DNA from: Deltaproteobacteria bacterium | GTDB lineage: Bacteria; Myxococcota; Kuafuiibacteriia; Kuafuiibacteriales; Kuafuiibacteriaceae | Assembly: GCA_040218735.1 (NCBI GenBank) | Contig: JAVJQW010000011.1 | Span: 1 to 64,000 of the forward strand | Direction of reading: 5' to 3' | DNA: 64,000 nucleotides | Shown: piece by piece, positions 56,382-64,000 of the stretch | Numbering within the stretch: the first letter of the stretch is position 1 | Layout of the letters: each line of letters opens with the position of its first letter | Notes under the pieces: model-generated | What the model was told of the DNA's origin: nothing | What the model saw: the letters and a program-made list of their open reading frames with translations, nothing else | Databases searched by the model: none | Translations under genes and position numbers: made by a program

Positions 56382-59300
56382 TTGTTCGCCCGTTCCCGCC
56401 TGCTCGGCGCGCTCGGCGCGCTACTGATGTGCGTCGCGTGCCGATCCGAAGGGCGCGTTGGGCTGCGTTTCTCGCTCGAGGATCTCCCGGCGGAGCTCAC
56501 CGGCCTCTTCCTCCACGTGCGCGTCCAGGACGAAGCGGGTGACGTCCTCGGAGGCAGCATCACCGAAGCCGACCGCGACGTTCAGCTCGGGCTGTCCGTA
56601 CCGCACGGCGACGATCGGCGCGCCGTCGTCGAGCTGCGCGACAGCGCGTCGCCGACGAGCTCCAACGTGATCGCGTACGGCGTCTCCGCGCCGTTCTCCC
56701 TGCATCCGAACGACAACCGCGTCGTCGAGGCCGTCGTCGTGATGCGACGGGTACCCGCGATCGTCGACCTCGTCGCGCCGTCCGTCGTGAACACCTCCGA
56801 CGTCCCCGTCTCGGTCACCGCCGATCGAGGCGGCGTCGTGCAGCTCGTCCTCGCGCAGGACCCGAGCCTCACGTTCGGGCGCCAGGTCTTCGACTTCACG
56901 GAGGACCTCGACGTCACCTACGACATCGACGCCGCGTGCCGCGCGACGAACACCTGCACCGACGGGCGACGCAACGTGTTCGCGCGGTTGATCGACGAAG
57001 CCGGCTACAGCTCGACGTCGACGTCGACGCCGGTGGTCGTGGACACGCAGCCCCCGCGTGTCCTCGCGGGCGCAGGCTCGGTACGTTTCGTAGCGCCCGC
57101 GGGCCTCCTCACCCCCACCGCGGCGAGCGCCGGCGTGACGGTGCGGTTGTCCTTCGTGTTCGACGAGCCGGTCACGAGCACGCCGTCCGTCACGCTGGAG
57201 TCCGGGCTCGACTTCACCCTCGTGAGCGAAGCCGCGGGCGCGTACATCTTCGAACGTATCGTCGTGGCGACGGATCCGGAGGGCGTGCAACGGCCACGCG
57301 TTCAGGCGCGCGACGAAGCGGGCAACGAAGCGCCCGTGGTCGCCCCCGACCTGGCGTATGTCGTGGACCACGTGCCCCCCGATGCGCCGCGCGTCGACGT
57401 CCCGGGGGCGATCGTCTACCGACGCATCCCCTACCGCGACGCGTCCGAAGGCGGCGCGTCCTTCACCGTGGTCGGCGCGCCCGGCGCGGTCGAAGGCGGC
57501 GCGCGGGTCGTCGTCTACGACCGCCCCGACGCGTTCCTCGACGGCCTTGAGGTCGCCACGCGCGCGGGCGCAGCGACCGCCGACGACGACGGGAGCTTCG
57601 TCGTTCAGCTCGCGCCGGTGGACCGCGCGCAGGTCTACGTCCTGGTCCTCGACGCCGCCGGCAACCCCCACACCACCGACCGCTCCGCGGCGCGCGTGCG
57701 TGACGTCGAGTGGCGCCTCCCGGCCGGGGTGCGCTCGGGCAGCCAGCCCCCGGTCGAGGTGTTGACGCTCGACCGCCTCCACGACTCGGCGCGCCTGGAT
57801 CACGCCGGCGTCACGACCGTCGACGCGTCGCCGCTCGCGCTCGCGGACGGGCTCGCGGTCGAGTCGCACTACGATCCACGGTGGACCGAGCGGCTCCCGG
57901 CGCCGACGGCGCTGCCCGACGCGCTCCGCTTCGCGGCGATCGCGAACGACCCGGCGCGCGATCGCGTCGTTCTGTACGGCGGGCGCTCCGCGGGCGACGT
58001 CGTGCGCGGTGAGACGTGGGAGTGGGACGGGCGCCAGTGGGAGTCGATCGCAACGAGCGGCGTCCTGCCGTCGTGCGACGACGGCTCCGCGGACGGCGAC
58101 GATCCGTTCGGGGCGATGAGCTACCACGGGGCGCTGGGGCTCTCGATCCTGATCTGCCGATCGCTCACGCCCAACCAGGCGCCGCCCCTCCCCGCCGGTG
58201 GCGTCGACGCGATGCACGCGTTCGGTTGGGACGGCGCGCGGTGGCGAAGTGTCACGCTCGAGGGCGCACCCGGCGGGCGTTCGGGCGCGGCGTTCGCCTA
58301 CGACCCGAACCACGGGCGCACCGTCATGTTCGGCGGCAACTCCGCCGCGCTCGTGCTCCCGGGCGCGAGCGCGAGCACGCTCGGTGACACGTGGGAGCTC
58401 GAAGCCGTCCCGACCACCACCATCGGCGCACGCGCGCGGCTGCGCTGGATCGAACGGAGCCCCGGGCCCCCCGCCCGCGATCGACACGCGATGGTCTACG
58501 CGCCGAGCCTCGGCGGCGTCGCGATGTTCGGCGGCATCTCGAACGCGCCCGATCGCCACCCCCTCGACGACCTGTGGATCTGGGACGGTACGACCTGGAC
58601 CGAGATCGAGAAGAGCGGCGCGTGGCCTCCGGCGCGCGCGCTGCACGCGCTCGTCTACGACGAACGGAGCGGACACCTCGGCGTGATCGGTGGCGTCGCG
58701 AACGAGCCCATCTCGACGCGCATCGATCAGCTCGACGCCGGCTTCGACGACGCGTGGTGGTTCGACGGCGCCACCTGGACCCGAACCGCGACCGCCGCGA
58801 ACACCCCGCGCGGCCCCGGCCTCGCCGCCACCGGGATGCGAAGCGAGGCCGACGTCTACGTGCTCTCGGGCGCGGCCCCCGGCGCGGCGCCGGCCTCGGC
58901 GCAGACGTTCGTCGCCGACGCGACCCGCTGGTCCGACCGCACGCCGTCCGGCGCGGTCCCCCCGCAGACGGAGCTTCAGTCGTTGCTCTACGATCCGGGG
59001 CGCGACCTGTTCTGGCTGTACGCCGCGCCACGAGGTCCGAGTGGTAGACCCGAAGGTGAAACCTGGTTCTGGTCCGAGAGCGGCTGGCGAATCGTCGACC
59101 AGAACCCGGCGACCGGAAGGGCGTGGGCGGCCGTGTTCGACGTCCGCCGCAACGAAGCGTTGCTGCTCGCCGACTCCGGCGGCCCACTGATCCCGGGAGA
59201 GCTGGCCCCCCGGAAGTACTACTTCGTCAATCGAGGCGCCGGATGGACGGCCACGTCGAGTACGGCCAAGGTCCAGCCTCGACGCCACATCCTTGGGCTA

Positions 59301-60260
59301 CCGGGCAACGCGCTCTTCTACGATCGTGTGCGGTCGCGGCCCGTCTCCTTGGCGCACGACGACTTGGGTGGCCCGATTGGTACCGCGCACTTCGCGACCC
59401 AGGAGCTATACGAATGGACCGCGCCCACGTGGACCCGTGTGGACCGACGCGACACTTTGGACACCGAGCTCCGCTCCGCCACCATGATCTTCGATGACCG
59501 GACGGCGCTCTATTTCCTCCAGTTCTCGAACTCGGCCCGCTGGAAGACGTTCACCTTCGACGGCAACGACTGGGCGGAGCACACCGGGACGGAAGGCAGC
59601 TGGTCGCACCTGCGCGGCATCGTCGCGGACAGCACGCGTCAGGACATCCTCGTCGTCGGTGCCGTGGCCGGTCGCGCCCGCACGTGGTCCTGGGACGGCG
59701 CGAGCTACCGCGATCGGGTCACCACCGGGACGCCGCCGCCCCGGGCGGTGAGCCGAGGCATCGCCTACGACCACCGCCGCCGCCGGGTGGTGGTCGCGGA
59801 AGCCCCGGAGCAACGCGCCTCCACCGGACTGGAGGCCCCTGCGGGCGCCGTCTACCTCCTCGACCTCGACCCCGACGCCGCACCCGCCGTCGCCGTGCGC
59901 GCGCGACTGGCCGAAGGCGGCGTCGCGCCCGCGCTCGTCGAGCGAATCACCGTCACGGTCGACGCGGGCGGCGTCGGGTTCGCCACGACGAGCACGTCCG
60001 CCACGCCCGGCGCCGTGCTCTCTGCGTTCGACCGCCGCGCCGGGCGCTGGTCCCAGCTCGCCGTGAGCACCGCCGGCGTCACGAACCCCGCGCGGCTCGC
60101 GATCGACCTCGACGCGGAGGACGTCGCACCGCTGCTCTTCGCCGACGACGCCGAGCTGCTCCTCGCCGTCCACTCGAGCGAAGGCCTGGGCGCGGGCGCC
60201 GAACCCGCGAGGGTCGTGGTGGACCGCGCCGAGGTCGTCGTGTGGTATCGACTGCCGTGA
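56382..60260 (+). CDS. Large lipoprotein with Ig-like domains and kelch-like beta-propeller (paralog 1)
   Basis: Lipobox CVAC. Repeated YD...FGG...DTWxWDG..W blades. TTG start estimated. Confidence 0.85.
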   Translation: MFARSRLLGALGALLMCVACRSEGRVGLRFSLEDLPAELTGLFLHVRVQDEAGDVLGGSITEADRDVQLGLSVPHGDDRRAVVELRDSASPTSSNVIAYGVSAPFSLHPNDNRVVEAVVVMRRVPAIVDLVAPSVVNTSDVPVSVTADRGGVVQLVLAQDPSLTFGRQVFDFTEDLDVTYDIDAACRATNTCTDGRRNVFARLIDEAGYSSTSTSTPVVVDTQPPRVLAGAGSVRFVAPAGLLTPTAASAGVTVRLSFVFDEPVTSTPSVTLESGLDFTLVSEAAGAYIFERIVVATDPEGVQRPRVQARDEAGNEAPVVAPDLAYVVDHVPPDAPRVDVPGAIVYRRIPYRDASEGGASFTVVGAPGAVEGGARVVVYDRPDAFLDGLEVATRAGAATADDDGSFVVQLAPVDRAQVYVLVLDAAGNPHTTDRSAARVRDVEWRLPAGVRSGSQPPVEVLTLDRLHDSARLDHAGVTTVDASPLALADGLAVESHYDPRWTERLPAPTALPDALRFAAIANDPARDRVVLYGGRSAGDVVRGETWEWDGRQWESIATSGVLPSCDDGSADGDDPFGAMSYHGALGLSILICRSLTPNQAPPLPAGGVDAMHAFGWDGARWRSVTLEGAPGGRSGAAFAYDPNHGRTVMFGGNSAALVLPGASASTLGDTWELEAVPTTTIGARARLRWIERSPGPPARDRHAMVYAPSLGGVAMFGGISNAPDRHPLDDLWIWDGTTWTEIEKSGAWPPARALHALVYDERSGHLGVIGGVANEPISTRIDQLDAGFDDAWWFDGATWTRTATAANTPRGPGLAATGMRSEADVYVLSGAAPGAAPASAQTFVADATRWSDRTPSGAVPPQTELQSLLYDPGRDLFWLYAAPRGPSGRPEGETWFWSESGWRIVDQNPATGRAWAAVFDVRRNEALLLADSGGPLIPGELAPRKYYFVNRGAGWTATSSTAKVQPRRHILGLPGNALFYDRVRSRPVSLAHDDLGGPIGTAHFATQELYEWTAPTWTRVDRRDTLDTELRSATMIFDDRTALYFLQFSNSARWKTFTFDGNDWAEHTGTEGSWSHLRGIVADSTRQDILVVGAVAGRARTWSWDGASYRDRVTTGTPPPRAVSRGIAYDHRRRRVVVAEAPEQRASTGLEAPAGAVYLLDLDPDAAPAVAVRARLAEGGVAPALVERITVTVDAGGVGFATTSTSATPGAVLSAFDRRAGRWSQLAVSTAGVTNPARLAIDLDAEDVAPLLFADDAELLLAVHSSEGLGAGAEPARVVVDRAEVVVWYRLP

Positions 60261-63200
60261 AGGTGCGGTCCATTCGCCTGCTTTCGGCGCTCCTGGGAGT
60301 GGGGCTCGCGATCGCGTGTCGGTCGGAAGGAAGCGTCGCGCTGCGGTTTCAGATCGAGGACCTCCCCGCGGACCTGTCGGGGCTCTTCCTCCACGTCCAG
60401 GTCCGCGACGCCGACGGCGACGTGCTCGGAGGCAGCGTCACCGCGGCCGCACGCGAGATCCAGCTCGCGCTGTCCGTGCCCCACGGCGACGACCGCGTAG
60501 CCGTCGTCGAGCTCCGCGACGGCGCGTCGTCGAGCGCCTCGAACGTGATCGCCTATGGCGTCTCTGCGCCGTTCTCGTTGACCGTCGGCGAGGACACCAT
60601 GGTCGACGCCGTCGTGGTGATGCAGCGGGTGCCCGCGCTCCTCTCCATCACCGCACCCGACGTCGTGCGCGACCCGACCATCACGGTCACCCTCACCGCC
60701 GACCGGAGCGACGTCGCATCCATCGTGCTCGCGCAGGATCCGAGCCTCACGTACGGGCGCCAAGTCTACGACGCCGACGCGGACCTCACCGTCACCTACG
60801 ACCTCGACGCCCCGTGCCGCCCGACCAACACCTGTACCGACGGACGCCGCAACGTCTTCGCGCGCCTCGTCGACCGCGCCGGGTACAGCTCCACCGCGAC
60901 GTCCGCGCCCGTGTTCGTCGACACCGAAGCGCCGCGTGTCCTCCCCGGCTCGGGCACCGTGCAGTTCCTCGCCCCCGCCGGGCTCCTCACCCCGACCGCC
61001 GCCGGCGCGGGCGTGACGGTGCGGCTCGCGTTTGTGCTCGACGAAGCCGTCACGAGCACGCCGACCGTCGTGCTCGCCGACTCCGGCTTGCCCTTCGAGC
61101 TCGTGCGCACCGAGCTCGGCGCGTACATCTTCGAGCGCACCGTCGCGGCGACCGACCCGACCGGCCCGCAACGCCCGCTCGTCACTGCGCGGGACGTCGC
61201 CGGCAACGAAGCGCCCCGCCTCGCCCCGCAGCTCGAGTACGCCGTCGAGCACGAGGCCCCTGGGGCGCCGGCGGTCGACGTGCCCGGCGCCGTCGTCTAC
61301 CACCGCGACCCCTACCGCGTCGCCTCGGAGGGCGGCGCGTCGTTCCGCGTCGTCGGGGCGGCGGGCGCCGTGGAGGGAGGCGCGCGCGTCGTCGTCTACG
61401 ACCGCGCCGAAGCGTTCGTCGACGGGGTCGAGGTCGCCACCCGATCGGGCGCCGCGACCGCGGAGCCGGACGGCAGCTTCGTCGTCCCGCTCGCACCGGT
61501 CGACCTCGAAGCGGTCTACATCCTCGCGCTCGACACCGCCGGCAACTTCGACGCGCAGGGCACCGCAACGCGGGTGCGCGACGTCGAGTGGCGCATCCCC
61601 GCGGGCTCCAGCTCAGGCGCGCGCCCGCCGATCGACGTGTTCACGGTCGACCGACTCGACGACACCACGCGGCTCGATCGCGAAGGCACCTTCGAGGTCG
61701 ACCCGTCCGTCATCGATGGCGGCGTCGAAGCCCACTACGACCCGCGATGGAGCGAGCTGCTCCCCACCGCGTCCCCCCTCCCCGACGCGCTGCGTTTCTC
61801 CGCCGTCGCCAACGACACTGCGCGCGGCCGCCTCGTCGTCCACGCCGGGCGCTCCGCCGGCGACGTCGTACGCAGCGACACCTGGGAGTGGGACGGCCGA
61901 ATGTGGCAGAACCTCGGGTCGCTCGGGACACCGCCCGCCTGCGACGACGGCACCGCGGACGGCGACGACGCATTCGGGCTCGCGACCTACGACGGCGCGC
62001 TGGGCCTCTCCCTCGTCGTGTGTCGTCACCTCGACCCGCGCCAAGCGCCGCCGCTCCCGGCAGGCGGCGTCGACGTGATGCGCGCGTACGGTTGGGACGG
62101 CGCGCGGTGGCGCACCGTCGACATCGAGGCCGCGACCGCACCGGGCGGACGCACGGGCGCGGCGCTCGCGTACGATCCCACCCGCGGACGCACGGTGATG
62201 TTCGGCGGCAACCGCGCTTCGCTCGTCCTCCCCGGCGCGAGTGCGACGACGCTCGGCGACACGTGGGAGCTCGAAGCCGTCCCCGCCGTGTCGGTCGGCG
62301 CACGCGCACGCATGCGATGGATCGAACGCACCGGCGGGCCGCCCGCCCGCGACCGCCACGCGATGGTCTACGCGCCCGGCCTCGGCGGCGTCGCGATGTT
62401 CGGCGGGATCTCCGCGGCGCCGGACCGACACGCGCTCGACGACCTGTGGATCTGGGACGGCACCACCTGGACCGAGGTGGCGAAGACCGGCGCGTGGCCG
62501 CCCGCCCGCGCGCTCCACACGCTCGTCTACGATCCGCGGAGCCAGAGCGTGGGGGTGCTCGGCGGCGTCGCCGAAGAACCAGCGTCCACGGACGTCGACC
62601 TCGTCGGCGAGGGCCTCGACGACGCGTGGTGGTTCGACGGCGCGACGTGGACGCAGACCGGGACCATCGCCGGCGCCGCGCGCGGCCCGGGGCTCGTCGC
62701 GTCCGGGATGCGGAGCCGCAGCGACGTCTACGTGGTGTCGGGGGTGACGCCCGGTGCCGCGCCGTCGGCTTCACGCACCTTCGTGGTCGACCCGGTGCGC
62801 TGGTCGGACCGGACGCCGTCGAGCGCGGTTCCGCCGCAGAACATTCGCAGCGACCTGACGTACGACCCGATCCGCGACCTCGTCTGGTACTCCACGTACC
62901 AGGTCGTATCGGAAGCGACCACGGCGAGCGAAACGTGGCTGTGGAGCGAAAGCGGGTGGCGCGTCATCGACCGCGACGCCCGGCTCCAAGACCCTATTGC
63001 GTGTGTCTTCGACCGCCGCGACAGCGTGATGTTCCAGCTCAGCGGCGCGCCGGTGATTCGCATACCGGACCAGACACCCAGCCTGCGGATCCCGCCCCCA
63101 TTCACCGCCGTGAACGGAGGCGCTGGCTGGTCGATTACGTCCACGACGGTACCGGTCTTGGGCGCGGGGAACGCGGGCACCTTCGTCCTGGACGACCTGC

Positions 63201-64000
63201 TCTTCGACCACGCGCGGATGCGTCCCGTCGTCCTGAACACGGCGGGCCAGGTGCAGCTGCCGAATGGCACCTTCGGCCCACCCACGTCGCAGGAGCTCCA
63301 CGTGTGGGTTCCGCCCGAGTGGGTCCGCATCGATCAGACCGACCTCCTCGTCGGCGGCCCGAACGAGGCCGTTCTCCCGAACCGTCGGTTCGTCGAAGAG
63401 CGTTGGACCGGGCGCTACTTCCTCCAAACCACCGACGGCGAGGGACGACGCACGTTTACGTTCGACGGCGCCGAATGGACCGAGCGCTCCGGGACCGAGG
63501 GCTCGTGGAGCGTGAGCCGAGGCGTCGTCGCCGTCGACGCGCGTCGACACATCCTGACCTTCGGCGGGACGAGCAGACGCGCCGCGACGTGGTCCTGGAA
63601 CGGCGACCGCTACCGCCCACAGACGACGGCGGGTCCCGCACCGCCCGCGGTCGTGGGCCGCAGCCTCGCCTACGACGAACGCCGCCGACGTGTCGTCGTC
63701 GTCGAGCCGCGCCTGCCGACGCAGTCCCTCGACGCCCCCGCCGGGGCCGCGTTCCTGCTCGATGTCGACCCCGACGCCACCCCCGCGATCGTCGTACGCG
63801 CGCGTCTCGACGTCGGCGGCGTCGCCCCCGGCCTCGTCCAAGGTGTCCGCGTTCGCACCGTCGCGGGCGGCGTTGGGTTCGCTTCGACGAGCTCCGCCGC
63901 CTCCGACGGCGTCTCACTCTCGGCCTACGACCGGCGCGGCACCCGCTGGGAACCGCTCGCCGCGAGCGCGTCTGCGATCGAGTCTCCGAGTGAGATCGAC
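60257..64000 (+). CDS. Tandem paralog of the kelch-like lipoprotein (paralog 2, runs off window)
   Basis: GTG overlaps the upstream TGA. MKVRSIRLLSALLGVGLAIACRSEG... is colinear with paralog 1. It is absent from the ORF track, consistent with no stop in the window. Confidence 0.85.
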   Translation, partial: MKVRSIRLLSALLGVGLAIACRSEGSVALRFQIEDLPADLSGLFLHVQVRDADGDVLGGSVTAAAREIQLALSVPHGDDRVAVVELRDGASSSASNVIAYGVSAPFSLTVGEDTMVDAVVVMQRVPALLSITAPDVVRDPTITVTLTADRSDVASIVLAQDPSLTYGRQVYDADADLTVTYDLDAPCRPTNTCTDGRRNVFARLVDRAGYSSTATSAPVFVDTEAPRVLPGSGTVQFLAPAGLLTPTAAGAGVTVRLAFVLDEAVTSTPTVVLADSGLPFELVRTELGAYIFERTVAATDPTGPQRPLVTARDVAGNEAPRLAPQLEYAVEHEAPGAPAVDVPGAVVYHRDPYRVASEGGASFRVVGAAGAVEGGARVVVYDRAEAFVDGVEVATRSGAATAEPDGSFVVPLAPVDLEAVYILALDTAGNFDAQGTATRVRDVEWRIPAGSSSGARPPIDVFTVDRLDDTTRLDREGTFEVDPSVIDGGVEAHYDPRWSELLPTASPLPDALRFSAVANDTARGRLVVHAGRSAGDVVRSDTWEWDGRMWQNLGSLGTPPACDDGTADGDDAFGLATYDGALGLSLVVCRHLDPRQAPPLPAGGVDVMRAYGWDGARWRTVDIEAATAPGGRTGAALAYDPTRGRTVMFGGNRASLVLPGASATTLGDTWELEAVPAVSVGARARMRWIERTGGPPARDRHAMVYAPGLGGVAMFGGISAAPDRHALDDLWIWDGTTWTEVAKTGAWPPARALHTLVYDPRSQSVGVLGGVAEEPASTDVDLVGEGLDDAWWFDGATWTQTGTIAGAARGPGLVASGMRSRSDVYVVSGVTPGAAPSASRTFVVDPVRWSDRTPSSAVPPQNIRSDLTYDPIRDLVWYSTYQVVSEATTASETWLWSESGWRVIDRDARLQDPIACVFDRRDSVMFQLSGAPVIRIPDQTPSLRIPPPFTAVNGGAGWSITSTTVPVLGAGNAGTFVLDDLLFDHARMRPVVLNTAGQVQLPNGTFGPPTSQELHVWVPPEWVRIDQTDLLVGGPNEAVLPNRRFVEERWTGRYFLQTTDGEGRRTFTFDGAEWTERSGTEGSWSVSRGVVAVDARRHILTFGGTSRRAATWSWNGDRYRPQTTAGPAPPAVVGRSLAYDERRRRVVVVEPRLPTQSLDAPAGAAFLLDVDPDATPAIVVRARLDVGGVAPGLVQGVRVRTVAGGVGFASTSSAASDGVSLSAYDRRGTRWEPLAASASAIESPSEID

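Noticed and set aside
60316-63993. 1225-aa Arg-rich ORF
   Set aside because: It is an off-frame shadow of the real gene starting at 60257.

Overview
High-GC bacterial chromosome segment. Gene content (Cys-rich repeat lipoproteins, Ser/Thr kinases, PEGA and kelch-like proteins, TIGR02147-type regulator, MvaS) suggests Myxococcota or a related deltaproteobacterium; this is inference. Housekeeping genes (nuoMN, nuoGHI, rlmM-like, pfkA, arfB, mvaS, enoyl-CoA hydratases) are mixed with many secreted or lipoprotein genes and signalling genes. The standout is a tightly packed 7-gene minus-strand operon at 36143-45308. It encodes a Ycf46-type AAA+ ATPase, a large helical protein, DUF1257-like and DUF2997-like proteins, a PflX-type radical SAM enzyme, a large JAB/MPN+ protease fusion and a small beta protein. 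Six of the seven carry disordered, non-Sec N-terminal leaders, and four share an MK-x-[KQ]-[NT] start. This could be a co-exported multi-component effector or remodelling system. Other observations: a highly structured element at 61-380, a head-to-head kinase/pseudokinase paralog pair, three sigma54-type promoters, and tandem kelch-like lipoprotein paralogs with a hypervariable segment. All family assignments come from motif recognition by eye; no searches were run.
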